Below, in pieces: positions 8,115 to 17,448 of a stretch of 37,757 bases of DNA. The DNA lies in IMG/VR virus record IMGVR_UViG_3300035018_000012, positions 1-37,757 of that record; one strand, written 5' to 3'. The notes beneath the pieces are model-generated. The model had not been told where the DNA came from. It did not search any database and saw nothing but the letters and a program-made list of their open reading frames with translations. How positions within the stretch are numbered: position 1 is the first letter of the stretch; the number at the start of each line of letters is the position of its first letter. The DNA is from a virus. Taxonomy: Duplodnaviria; Caudoviricetes. The position numbers and the translations under genes are program-made.

Positions 8115-8836
8115 ACGCCACCGCAGACCAAATTGCATCCTTGCTGCGCCCGGTCGCGCCCGATGGCAAGCTTGCCGCTGCGGATGTCCCTTTGATCAAT
8201 CAGCTGGCTGCCGCCTGGGATAAGCGCCGCGCGCCCGCATCTGCACCGGTTGCCAAGATTGGGCTGTCGCCGCAGGACTATGCCGCTGCCGCTGCTCGCC
8301 TCGGCTGCACCGTCGCGCAGATCCGCGCGGTTGATGAAGTCGAGAGCAACGGCGGCGGATTTCTCCCTGATGGCAGGCCTAAAATCCTGTTCGAGGCTCA
8401 TTGGTTTGACAAGTTCACCGATGGCCTGTTCAGAGACAGCCACCCCAACCTGTCCAGCGCTCGGTGGAACCGGACGCTATATGTTGGCGGGGCGGGCGAA
8501 TGGAACCGGCTCAATCAGGCCGTAGCGCTTGATGCGGTTGCTGCCCTCAAATCGGCATCCGCTGGCCGCTATCAGATCATGGGCTTCAACCATGAGGCAG
8601 CGGGCTTCGATACCGTGGAGCAGTTTTGGGACGCGATGAAGCGGAGCGAGCGCGACCACCTCGATGCGTTCGTGTCGTTCATCGAGAGCGAAAATCTGGT
8701 CGAGGAAGTGCGCCAGATCAGCAATCGGCACTCCGACAACATCCCGTTTTCAGAAGCCTATAATGGCTCCGGCTTCCGCAAAAACGAACATCACATCAAG
8801 ATCGCCCGCGCCCATGCCAAATGGAGCGCACGATGA
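8111..8836 (+). CDS. Endolysin, N-acetylmuramidase (DUF3380 family)
   Basis: AVDEVESNGGGF..DGRPKILFEAHWF, SASAGRYQIMGFN, YNGSGF. Confidence 0.9.
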   Translation: MNATADQIASLLRPVAPDGKLAAADVPLINQLAAAWDKRRAPASAPVAKIGLSPQDYAAAAARLGCTVAQIRAVDEVESNGGGFLPDGRPKILFEAHWFDKFTDGLFRDSHPNLSSARWNRTLYVGGAGEWNRLNQAVALDAVAALKSASAGRYQIMGFNHEAAGFDTVEQFWDAMKRSERDHLDAFVSFIESENLVEEVRQISNRHSDNIPFSEAYNGSGFRKNEHHIKIARAHAKWSAR

Positions 8837-9126
8837 GCACGATTTGCGACCGCGAAGGCGACCGCCGCGTCGTCATCTTCATCGCAGCCGGCTGCTTTGT
8901 CGTGCTGCTGGCTATCATCGCGGCGATGAGCTGGGCCGCGCTGCCGGAATGGGCCGAGTCCATTTTCTCCGCCATCGCAGGGGGCCTTGTCGTCAAGATC
9001 GCTGACTGCCTGTCCGCGCTGATTGCGCTGTCGTCGGGGCGCTCGGTCGAGCGCCTGGGCGATCAGCTGGGCCATTCCATTCCTCCGACGCCGCGCGCTG
9101 GCGATATGGCGCAGGGAGAAGATTGA
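8833..9126 (+). CDS. Membrane protein with two hydrophobic segments, candidate holin
   Basis: VVIFIAAGCFVVLLAIIAAMSWA and SIFSAIAGGLVV; lies between endolysin and spanins with overlapping start/stop. Confidence 0.55.
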   Translation: MSTICDREGDRRVVIFIAAGCFVVLLAIIAAMSWAALPEWAESIFSAIAGGLVVKIADCLSALIALSSGRSVERLGDQLGHSIPPTPRAGDMAQGED

Positions 9127-9407
9127 TGTTCGGATTTTTCGATCGCCTCGGGGTAGCCCAGAAGCTCGCTTTGCTGCTGGCGTTTGCCATCGCGGCCGCC
9201 GCCATTCTCACAATGGTTCTGGGGCTGTTCGACGCGAGCCTTGATGAGGCACGGTCCACCGGCACCATGCAGGAGCGCGCGGCCACCAGTTCCGAAACCC
9301 AAAAACGAACGGAGAAAGCCAATGAGGCCGTCAATGATCTGCGCACTCATCCTGATATGCGCCGTGAGCAGTGCTTGCGGTATTCCGACGCCCCCCAGAA
9401 CTGTTGA
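9126..9407 (+). CDS. Putative inner-membrane spanin (Rz-like)
   Basis: N-terminal transmembrane helix, helical periplasmic domain, C-terminal cysteines; end of lysis cassette. Confidence 0.7.
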   Translation: MFGFFDRLGVAQKLALLLAFAIAAAAILTMVLGLFDASLDEARSTGTMQERAATSSETQKRTEKANEAVNDLRTHPDMRREQCLRYSDAPQNC

Positions 9408-9576
9408 CACCAGCTGCGCGGTATTCGGCCCCATACGTTTTGCCAATGCACCGAAGGGCAGGGAGGCGAGCGACGATCCCGGCAACCGCTATGACCGTGC
9501 CCAAACGGTCGACAGCGTCATGGATCACAACGTCAAGTTCGATGCCTTGTGCCCACGCCGGGCGCCCTCACCATGA
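9322..9576 (+). CDS. Putative outer-membrane spanin lipoprotein (Rz1-like), overlapping the i-spanin gene
   Basis: GGAG RBS at 9311, signal peptide MRPSMICALILICAVSSA-C with lipobox-like end, Pro-rich mature start; shifted frame inside the Rz-like gene. Confidence 0.7.
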   Translation: MRPSMICALILICAVSSACGIPTPPRTVDTSCAVFGPIRFANAPKGREASDDPGNRYDRAQTVDSVMDHNVKFDALCPRRAPSP

Positions 9577-10076
9577 TCAAGCCAGCATCCCTTCGCGCTG
9601 CGATCGTCGCGCTGCTGCCCGAGCTGGCCAAGGATCCCGCACGCCTGCTGATGTGGGTCGATCAGGGCACCATCGTATCGCGCAGCACGCCGACATTCGG
9701 TTTCGCCTATCGTTATCGGCTCAACGTCATCCTGATCGATTTTTCGGGCGAACCCAGCGTCGTGATGCTCGCGGTCACGAACTGGCTCCGCGACAATCAA
9801 CCCGAGTTGCTGGCACCGGGCCGTGAAGCGATGGCGATCGAAGTCGATCTGATCGACAGCAAGCTGGTCGACCTGCAGCTGCAGATCATGCTCGATGAAA
9901 ATGTGTCGGTCATCCGGCGCGAGGATGGCGGTTACGATATCCAGCACCTTGCCGAGCCGGTGCCCCTTTTCGACGATGATGAGCCGCTTATTGCCAGTGA
10001 CGGCGAGGCAGCGCCTGGAACCGCCCCGCTCATTGAAATCTGGGCGGCTGATACTCCGCTCGTCCCGCTAACCTGA
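9573..10076 (+). CDS. gpR: Tail completion protein, P2 gpR
   Basis: MIKPASLRAAI..PELAKDPARLLMWVDQG, FAYRYRLN, WLRDNQPELL. Confidence 0.92.
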   Translation: MIKPASLRAAIVALLPELAKDPARLLMWVDQGTIVSRSTPTFGFAYRYRLNVILIDFSGEPSVVMLAVTNWLRDNQPELLAPGREAMAIEVDLIDSKLVDLQLQIMLDENVSVIRREDGGYDIQHLAEPVPLFDDDEPLIASDGEAAPGTAPLIEIWAADTPLVPLT

Positions 10077-10081
10077 CCGGC

Positions 10082-10555
10082 ATGGCCGATACGGACCTCA
10101 CCCGGCTTGAAGGCTGGCTCGACGGCTTGATGTTGCGCCTCTCGCCCGGCGCGCGGCGAAAGCTGGCCACCAAGATCGGCCAGTCTCTCCGCAGGTCGAA
10201 CGCCAAGCGCATTGCCGCCAATAAGGAGCCGGATGGCAGCGCGATGGCCCCGCGCCGCCCGCGCATCGGTCCGGATGGCAAGGAAGTGCGGCGTGGCCGG
10301 ATGTTCCGCCGCCTGCGCCTAGCGCGTAACATGCGGATCAGAGCGACCCCTGACAGCGTCGAGCTCAATTTTGGTGGCGGCAAGGCTCAGCGCGTGGCCG
10401 AGACGCATCACGATGGCGATGTCGATACGGTCGGCCGCACACGCGATGGCCGCACTATCCGTGCCCGCTATGAGGCCCGCCGCTTGCTCGGCTTTGGCGA
10501 TGACGACATGGACATGGTCCTCGATCAGGTAACGATGGCTTTGACCCCGGACTGA
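10082..10555 (+). CDS. gpS: Virion morphogenesis/tail completion protein, P2 gpS
   Basis: LSPGARRKL..IGQSLRRSNAKRIAANKEPDGS, RYEARRLLGF. Confidence 0.92.
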   Translation: MADTDLTRLEGWLDGLMLRLSPGARRKLATKIGQSLRRSNAKRIAANKEPDGSAMAPRRPRIGPDGKEVRRGRMFRRLRLARNMRIRATPDSVELNFGGGKAQRVAETHHDGDVDTVGRTRDGRTIRARYEARRLLGFGDDDMDMVLDQVTMALTPD

Positions 10556-10564
10556 ACGCGCCCA

Positions 10565-10585
10565 TTGTAACCGGGCCGGTAACAA
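10565..10585 (+). promoter_or_regulatory. Ogr-type late-promoter dyad, copy 2 (upstream of J)
   Basis: TTGTAACCG-GGC-CGGTAACAA followed after 9 bp by CTGGCCTTTG. Confidence 0.8.
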
Positions 10586-10630
10586 TCCCGCCCGCTGGCC
10601 TTTGCGCGACGCATGATGCTGCTGGCGTGC

Positions 10631-11536
10631 ATGCCGATTTCGTCTATCGCCACCTCGCCCGCCATCGATCTGTCGCGACTGCCTCCACCGGTAATCGTGC
10701 CCCAGACCGATTTCGAGACGCGCTACACGGCCAAGCGCGCTCAGCTGCTCGCCTTGTTCCCGCCATTCGATGCGCTGGTCGAATCCGATCCCGTAATCAA
10801 GCTGCTGCAAGCGGATGCCTTTGATGAGCAGGTGCTCTCTCAGGCCTTCAACGACGCCGCGCGCCAGCTGCTGATTGCTTTTGCCACCGGCTCTAGCCTC
10901 GATCATCTCGCCGCCTTGTACGCGGTAGAGCGTCTGGTCATCACACCCGCCAATCCGGTGACCGGTGTAGCTGCGGTGCTCGAAACCGACGATGATCTGC
11001 GCCAGCGTGTGCTGCTGGCCCCGCACAGTTTTTCGGTGGCCGGGCCTGAGATGGCGTATGTCTACCATGCCAAGTCGGCATCGGGCGATGTGCTCGATGC
11101 ATCGGCCACCTCGCCACAGCCCGGCGAAGTGGTTGTTTCGGTGCTGTCACGCACCGGCGATGGCACAGCGCCTCCTGCCACGCTGGCAGCCGTCGAGGCC
11201 GTGCTCACCGATGACCAAGTGCGCCCGCTGACCGACATGGTCACCGTGCAGTCGGCGGACGTGCAGCCGTTCGATGTTGTCGCCGGGCTATGGCTGTACG
11301 CCGGGCCGGATGCTGAGCTGATCCGCAGCACGGCGCTGGCCAGTCTCAACGCCTATCTGGCCGGGTCGCGCAGGCTTGGCCGCGACATTCCGCTCTCCGC
11401 CTTGGTAGCATCCTTGCACGTTGCCGGTGTCCAGCGTGTCGAGCTGGTTTCGCCAATTGCCGACCAGGTCTTCACCGCGCTGCAGTCGGGCCACTGCGCG
11501 AGCATCGATGTCACCATCGCAGGCACGTGGGATTGA
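10631..11536 (+). CDS. gpJ: Baseplate wedge protein, P2 gpJ
   Basis: IDLSRLPPP, ESDPVIKLLQ, FSVAGPEMAYVYHA, VRPLTD. Confidence 0.95.
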   Translation: MPISSIATSPAIDLSRLPPPVIVPQTDFETRYTAKRAQLLALFPPFDALVESDPVIKLLQADAFDEQVLSQAFNDAARQLLIAFATGSSLDHLAALYAVERLVITPANPVTGVAAVLETDDDLRQRVLLAPHSFSVAGPEMAYVYHAKSASGDVLDASATSPQPGEVVVSVLSRTGDGTAPPATLAAVEAVLTDDQVRPLTDMVTVQSADVQPFDVVAGLWLYAGPDAELIRSTALASLNAYLAGSRRLGRDIPLSALVASLHVAGVQRVELVSPIADQVFTALQSGHCASIDVTIAGTWD

Positions 11537-11546
11537 GCGCGCGCTG

Positions 11547-12200
11547 ATGGCCTTGCCTCCTGAAATCCTCGCCGCGAGCCTGTTGCCGCCGAACGCGCTA
11601 AACTCTGAGTTGGCGCTCGAAGCTGCAATGCGCGCCGATATCGACATCGGCCAGGTCGGCAATCTGTGGAACCCGCAAACCTGCCCCGCGGAACTGTTGC
11701 CGTTTCTCGCATGGGGCCTGGCGATCGCGCGCTGGGATCCGGAATGGACGGAAGCCGAGCGCCGCGCTGCCATCATGGATGCTATCCCGTTCCACCGGCG
11801 CAAGGGCACGCGGGCGATCGTGCGCGAGGTGCTCGATCGCTTCAACCCGCTGCTAGAAATCGTCGAGTGGTGGCAGGCCAACCCGCGCCAGCCAGTGCAC
11901 ACGTTCGAAGTGCGGATGCCTGCCAACCTCATCCCACCCAGTTTTCTGAGCGCAGAAACGGCGGCAGCGATCATCCGGGATGTCGCATCGGTCAAGCCTG
12001 CCCGCTCGCATTTTACCTTCGTCCAGTACCTCGAAGCTCAAGCGATCGGGTGGCTGTCCGGCGCTGCCCTCACCGCCACGGCGATAAGGTTCGATCTTGC
12101 CGCCGCGCACGACCCCGACCCGCGCTGGGACAACTACCTGCAGACCGAAAATGGCGAGCCGATCCTGACCGAAGCCGCTGACTTTATGGAGGTCTTGTGA
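11547..12200 (+). CDS. gpI: Baseplate/tail protein, P2 gpI
   Basis: SLLPPN, LWNPQTCPAELLPFLAW, HRRKGT, KPARSH. Confidence 0.94.
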   Translation: MALPPEILAASLLPPNALNSELALEAAMRADIDIGQVGNLWNPQTCPAELLPFLAWGLAIARWDPEWTEAERRAAIMDAIPFHRRKGTRAIVREVLDRFNPLLEIVEWWQANPRQPVHTFEVRMPANLIPPSFLSAETAAAIIRDVASVKPARSHFTFVQYLEAQAIGWLSGAALTATAIRFDLAAAHDPDPRWDNYLQTENGEPILTEAADFMEVL

Positions 12201-13336
12201 TGGCTGCGCTGTCGATGATGATAACCGATGCGGGCCTGGACGCGATCGTTGCGGCCGAGGCTGGCGGCACCGATGCGATCACGATCACACAGATCGGCCT
12301 GACGGCTGCGCCCTTTGTGATGGCCCCGACGATCGATGCTCTGCCCGGCGAGTTCAAACGGCTCGATGCGGTTTCAGGTCAGGTTGTCAGCGCCAACGTC
12401 ATCCACGTGACCGCCTACGATCCCAGCACCGATATCTACGATGTCACCGGCATCGGCATTTACACCGATGCCGGGGTGCTGCTGGCCATTTACAGCGCTG
12501 CCGTCGATCCCGTGTTGAGCAAGGCCGCTCTCGCCACCGGCCTGATCATGTTCGACATCGCCTTTGCCAATGATCTCGGCGCGCTGATCGAGTTCGGCGA
12601 GGCCCTGTTTCTCAATCCGCCGGCGAGCGAAGCGGTCAAGGGCGTTGCCGAGATCGCCGACAATGCCGAGGCCGATGCAGGCCTGGACGACACGCGGATC
12701 ATGACACCCAAGAAGGTCAAGCGCGTGCTCACTGCGCTGGCAACGGTGCTGACCAACGCGCAGGTCGCCTTCGAGACCGCAATCACCGTCGCGCAAAACG
12801 CCTTCCAGCTGGGAATCAACAATACGCTGGCTGCGTATCAAGCAGCGGTGAATGCATCGATCGCCGCCATCCAAGGGCGAACCATCACGGGCAGCGGGCT
12901 GATCACGGGCGGAGGCGACCTGACGGCTAACCGGGTGTTGTCGCTGCTGGCCGCCAGCCAGGCGGAAACCCGCACAGGCACCAGCAACGCCGTCGCCCTG
13001 ACCCCGGCATCGCTGGGTCCGATGATCAAATCCATGGGCAGCAACGGGTATGTGACGATCCCCGGTGCCGACCCTGCCAACAGCGTCCTGGTGCAATGGG
13101 GGCAGTTCACTGCCGGACCCAACAGCTCCACCGCCGTCACATTCCCCACCAGCTTCACCGGCGCGGCCTACTCGGTGGTGGCTGACGGCACCAGTGACAC
13201 GAGCAACGACGCCCAGGACAACTACCCGGCTGTGCGCCGCGAAACCATCACCAGCTCCGGGTTCCAGGTCCACAACGCGAACGCCAATGCGGATGGCTGC
13301 TGCTTTGTCGCCATCGGGAGGATCGACCTGTCATGA
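12200..13336 (+). CDS. gpH: Tail fibre protein (gpH position)
   Basis: N-terminal baseplate-attachment region (ITDAGLDAI), PPASEAVKGVAEIA fibre motif, C-terminal VQWG..VTFPTSF domain. Confidence 0.82.
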   Translation: MAALSMMITDAGLDAIVAAEAGGTDAITITQIGLTAAPFVMAPTIDALPGEFKRLDAVSGQVVSANVIHVTAYDPSTDIYDVTGIGIYTDAGVLLAIYSAAVDPVLSKAALATGLIMFDIAFANDLGALIEFGEALFLNPPASEAVKGVAEIADNAEADAGLDDTRIMTPKKVKRVLTALATVLTNAQVAFETAITVAQNAFQLGINNTLAAYQAAVNASIAAIQGRTITGSGLITGGGDLTANRVLSLLAASQAETRTGTSNAVALTPASLGPMIKSMGSNGYVTIPGADPANSVLVQWGQFTAGPNSSTAVTFPTSFTGAAYSVVADGTSDTSNDAQDNYPAVRRETITSSGFQVHNANANADGCCFVAIGRIDLS

Positions 13337-13788
13337 CCATACGATACAGCGCTTCTGCCGCCGGGTTTTTTGACACAGCCCTACACCGGGATATTCCCGA
13401 CGATGCCGTGACGGTCACCGCCCGCCGTCACGCTGCACTGCTGGCAGGCCAGGCCGATGGCTATGAGATCGTTCCCGACGCGCGTGGCAGGCCCCAGCTG
13501 CGCTCCCTCACCCCAACCAATCGCCCCGATGCGCTCGCGCAGCAGGTCAAGGCCATCAAGCGCGAGGCCGCACGCCGCATCGACCAGCGCATGCCGGTGT
13601 GGCGGCAGCTGAACGCGCTCCGCGAGAACACCGATCCCGGCTTCCACACGATCGATGCGATCCGAGCGGCCAGCACCCTCATCGAGGCGCAGCTGGCCGA
13701 CCTGAGCAGCGTGGCGGACATCAACAGCTTCCCGGTCGCCACGCACCCGCTGTGGCCCGATTTTGACACCGCAGGCGATGAGGACTGA
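13333..13788 (+). CDS. Tail fibre assembly chaperone-like protein
   Basis: YSASAAGFFD..IPDDAVTVT...LLAGQADG.EIVPDARGRP pattern typical of genes following fibres. Confidence 0.7.
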   Translation: MTIRYSASAAGFFDTALHRDIPDDAVTVTARRHAALLAGQADGYEIVPDARGRPQLRSLTPTNRPDALAQQVKAIKREAARRIDQRMPVWRQLNALRENTDPGFHTIDAIRAASTLIEAQLADLSSVADINSFPVATHPLWPDFDTAGDED

Positions 13789-13791
13789 TCC

Positions 13792-16701
13792 ATGCCAAAA
13801 ATCAGCTTTCTAGATCAGGTTGCATCGATCGACGGCAGTGAGCTTGTGGTTCTGGTCAAGGATGGCCAGACCAAACGCGGCGCGATTGGAGACTTGGTGG
13901 AGGCGACGGCCGCGCCATTCGTCAATACAGCTACCGTCGCGGCCGAAGCCGTGATCGCTGCATCGGCTGCGAAGGCCACTTACAACAGCATCGAAGACGC
14001 TTTGGCTCCTGGGGCCACTGTTGACGGCGATTATTTCTATGCTCTGTCCGGTGTCGCGCCCGCTAGGCGCGCAAGCCTCTATCGAAACGATCTCAGCACC
14101 GCGTTCCTGATTGCGGAGCTGGTAACCCCATCGACGCCGCTTGGTGAATTTACTGGTTCCATCATCAGTGCAGACCAGAATTTGCGGGGCGCACTGCAGG
14201 ACCTCGAAACTTCCATTGACGATTTTTCGGGGCCGGACGGAGCCTCGAAACTCGGTCTCGGCGCGGGCACCCTGCTTGAAGCGATCGTACTGAATGCCGG
14301 GCTTTGGGATGACCTTTCCGACCGGTTCATCCAGCCAAACGTGCAGAGGATCAAGACCAGCGGCTTTGTGAACGAAGGGCGCGGAGAAGCATTTTACCGC
14401 AGGTGGGTTGCCGGAAAGCGGCCTACGCCAAAAAACACGGAAGTCGGTCCTGTGGATGTCCTTCCTCCATGGGGGCGCGGATATTGGTGGCAGCAGAGCG
14501 CTGATGGTGCGTTCTGGGTGCTGGATGAGGCCGTCATCACCTCCGATATGTTCGGCACTGTCGGAGACGCCAACAAACCCTATTTGGCTGCGGTTGCCAC
14601 TGGCACGGATGTCACGCTCAATCTGATCAAGGCTCTGCGTTACGTCCGGGTGTACGGTTTCCCCACCTTGTGGCTGTCGCCCGGCAAGCATCTGGTCGCG
14701 GCTACGCTGCACGTGGGCTCTGTTGGCACCGACTACGTCAGCATGAACTTTTTCGGCATGGTCCCGTTGCCATGGGGAACCGGCCATGATTCTCTGCTGG
14801 GTCTTCCGGTGGCCGCATTGGTCAGCAACTTCAACGACCGCTCTTGCATCAATGTGCAGGGTGGCCGCGGCTGTGCAGTTCGCGACATCGCCGGCTTTGG
14901 ACCTCTGACCGCGCACGTGCTTGCCAATCGGCTTGGGTCAAGCGATCCCGGAGCTGCCACGCTGGTCAACGACTGGCCGCTCGAGGCCTGGAACCCAGGC
15001 GGGGGCAACCACCAGTTCGGCCGCTACAACAGCGGCGCGTTTATCACCGTCGATTGTTACGCCAATGCCCGACCCGTCGTCTCGTACCCAGATCCGGAAT
15101 ATGACGGTGAGTGCGTGGATGCAGAGGGCAGGCCAATTCTATGGAACAAGGCGCTCTCAAGCGATGTCCAGATCACGAACATCCATGTCAGCGGCTTCAG
15201 CGCCGCCTACATTGTAGCGCCCAACCTTCTGGGGCTGCAGGCCGATTTCGTCACGTTCGAAAATCTCAATGCTCAATGCGTCGTGTGGGCCTTGTCGGTT
15301 GGCAATGGCCAGTCCCGCGGCGTGGTGCGTAAGAACTTCAAGATTTCGCAGTTCCATACCGCATTCACGAACAACACGCACGGCGCTCAAGCCGGCGGCT
15401 TCGACTTCGAGTGTCAGAACGTATGCCTGGGACAGGGCCTTCAGGCCTTCGATGTCAACACATCGCAAGGTGAATTCAGAATCACAGGGCTGTATGGAGA
15501 AGGCATCTGGCGCCTGGGTAATGCCGTGGGTTACAACCGTGTCGTCATCAACGGCCTGAGGATGCTGGCCAACGGTGTGGGGCCTGACAGCGGCTTTGAG
15601 AAGCGCGGGTTCCCCATGGTGTTTTACGGGGCGGCAGAGCGCAACTCGTTCGCTTATGGCTCGCCACTCCACATCGAGGGTGATCTTGTCATCCCCTACT
15701 GCGCCGTGTTCAATTGCAGTGAAAGCTCTGGCAACTTGACTACCCGTAGCAAGGCCCGCCCGGCGTCGATGGGTGGAACGCCACTGCCGCAGTATATGGC
15801 GCAATGGCACAATGCCACTGCCGGCGGGGTCTATTTCGTGAGCGATCCGTTCGAGGAAACAGCGCACCATGTCGATCTGAAATACGCCGAGTATCTGGTC
15901 TCCACAGGCCTTGGCCGCGCTGGCGAACTCAAGATGACCCGGATGGTCAGGGGTGAGAAAAAGGACGCGCGGCGCGACGTTGGCGTTCCCTATCTCGCCG
16001 ACAAGCTGAACAATTTCTATCGGACCAAAGCGATCGAAATTCCCAATCGGCCGTGCCAGATCGACCAGTCTTCCTTCGCATCGAAGGTGTTGGATGGCGT
16101 TGTGCTCACCACCACGCATAGCCAGGCAGAAGCGCTTCAGGACCTTTTCCACCTGAACCCCGGAGACATTGCCTTTCACAAGCCGAGCGGCGCACTTTTT
16201 GCCTGCGCATCCCGCGTCGGCAACGAACTGAAATATGTCATGCACAACGGTTTCCTCGATACTGATGGCGTGATCAGCTGGCCCAATGGTGCTCCATCGC
16301 TCGACACGGGGAATTACCTGACGGCATCGGGCCGCTGGTATGTGGGGCAGACGCTGCTTTTCGGGGACGTCACTGCGGGCTCGCCCGACATTACCCAGGT
16401 GGGCGATGGCCAGGGTACGGCTGAGTTGGCACCCTCGATCGGCATCCGTGAAATTCAGCCTGGCGATGCACCTGCGGTGGATCTCCAGACGGAGCGCAGC
16501 ATCGACTATTCGGTCAACCCGCCTCGCTCGCTCAATGAGCCACCCATAAAGTGGAACAGCACAGTGGAGTCGGTCGATCACGTTGCTCAAAAGATCATCA
16601 TGAGTGCCCCCGCGGTCGGCTCCCACCCAGCACGTCCACTTGCGTTCCGTCGCCGCGACATCCCCAACGTCGCAGCCCCGACCTTAGAGTACGTAGGATA
16701 A
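13792..16701 (+). CDS. Tailspike-like second receptor-binding protein, possible beta-helix depolymerase
   Basis: MPKIS..GSELVVLVKDGQTK N-terminus; DMFGTVGDA..TDVTLNLIKAL..LWLSPGKHLV resembles the pectate-lyase-3 type beta-helix entry motif; rich in G, N, V, F. Confidence 0.62.
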   Translation: MPKISFLDQVASIDGSELVVLVKDGQTKRGAIGDLVEATAAPFVNTATVAAEAVIAASAAKATYNSIEDALAPGATVDGDYFYALSGVAPARRASLYRNDLSTAFLIAELVTPSTPLGEFTGSIISADQNLRGALQDLETSIDDFSGPDGASKLGLGAGTLLEAIVLNAGLWDDLSDRFIQPNVQRIKTSGFVNEGRGEAFYRRWVAGKRPTPKNTEVGPVDVLPPWGRGYWWQQSADGAFWVLDEAVITSDMFGTVGDANKPYLAAVATGTDVTLNLIKALRYVRVYGFPTLWLSPGKHLVAATLHVGSVGTDYVSMNFFGMVPLPWGTGHDSLLGLPVAALVSNFNDRSCINVQGGRGCAVRDIAGFGPLTAHVLANRLGSSDPGAATLVNDWPLEAWNPGGGNHQFGRYNSGAFITVDCYANARPVVSYPDPEYDGECVDAEGRPILWNKALSSDVQITNIHVSGFSAAYIVAPNLLGLQADFVTFENLNAQCVVWALSVGNGQSRGVVRKNFKISQFHTAFTNNTHGAQAGGFDFECQNVCLGQGLQAFDVNTSQGEFRITGLYGEGIWRLGNAVGYNRVVINGLRMLANGVGPDSGFEKRGFPMVFYGAAERNSFAYGSPLHIEGDLVIPYCAVFNCSESSGNLTTRSKARPASMGGTPLPQYMAQWHNATAGGVYFVSDPFEETAHHVDLKYAEYLVSTGLGRAGELKMTRMVRGEKKDARRDVGVPYLADKLNNFYRTKAIEIPNRPCQIDQSSFASKVLDGVVLTTTHSQAEALQDLFHLNPGDIAFHKPSGALFACASRVGNELKYVMHNGFLDTDGVISWPNGAPSLDTGNYLTASGRWYVGQTLLFGDVTAGSPDITQVGDGQGTAELAPSIGIREIQPGDAPAVDLQTERSIDYSVNPPRSLNEPPIKWNSTVESVDHVAQKIIMSAPAVGSHPARPLAFRRRDIPNVAAPTLEYVG

Positions 16702-16705
16702 CCCC

Positions 16706-16897
16706 ATGCCTCACCCCGTGACCCAGAACATAAGGGACATCGTCCGAGACAGGATCGTGGCGCGATACCTGTCGGATTTCCCAGAAATGTCGAACGAGGA
16801 GGCTGCGCTGAAGGCGTTTGTCGGTACCGTGAATCACAGTGATGAGCACCTGGCCGACATGCTGGCCGAGCTGGACCGGCAGGCTGCCGCGCAGTGA
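16706..16897 (+). CDS. Small hypothetical protein
   Basis: Fills the gap between tailspike and gpV; AGGA RBS; stop overlaps the gpV start (GTGA). Confidence 0.6.
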   Translation: MPHPVTQNIRDIVRDRIVARYLSDFPEMSNEEAALKAFVGTVNHSDEHLADMLAELDRQAAAQ

Positions 16898-17436
16898 CCG
16901 AAGATATCCCCCTCGATCCGGCCACCATGATCCGCATGGGTGTCATTGCCAGCGTCGACCTGCAGGCCGCGCGCTGCACCGTCCGCTGTGGCGATCCCGA
17001 AGGGGGCGAGATCACGACGCCGCCCATCCGCTGGATCATGCCTAGGTGCGGCGACACGCGAGTCTGGTCTCCGCCAACGGTCGGCGAGCAGGTTGTGCTG
17101 CTGTGTCCAGACGGGGAGATCGCCGCCGGCGTGGCGCTCGGTGGCATCATCCGCGATGATTTCCCCGCGCTGGGCTCGACGATCGAAGAGCGCATCGACT
17201 TTGCGGATGGCGCGCAGCTGCGATACGATTCCGAGGCCCACCACCTCGAAGTGTTGTTGCCAGACAGCGCCACCGCCACAATCACCGCCCCTGGTGGCAT
17301 CACCATCAACGGCGACATCACGCTCAACGGCAAGCTCACCGCCAGCGAAGACGTGATCGCAGACGGTGTAAGCCTGAAGACCCACCGCCACACCGGCGTT
17401 CAACCCGGCGGCGGCCAGACCGGCCTGCCTGCCTAA
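16894..17436 (+). CDS. gpV: Baseplate central spike, P2 gpV
   Basis: IRMGVIASVD, VWSPPTVGEQVVLLCPDGE, FADGAQLRYD, C-terminal HRHTGV metal-binding motif. Confidence 0.95.
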   Translation: MTEDIPLDPATMIRMGVIASVDLQAARCTVRCGDPEGGEITTPPIRWIMPRCGDTRVWSPPTVGEQVVLLCPDGEIAAGVALGGIIRDDFPALGSTIEERIDFADGAQLRYDSEAHHLEVLLPDSATATITAPGGITINGDITLNGKLTASEDVIADGVSLKTHRHTGVQPGGGQTGLPA

Positions 17437-17448
17437 AGGGGACTGCAG

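Noticed and set aside
12200-16701. Invertible fibre segment or diversity-generating retroelement
   Set aside because: No invertase, reverse transcriptase, flanking inverted repeats or template/variable repeat pair was seen.
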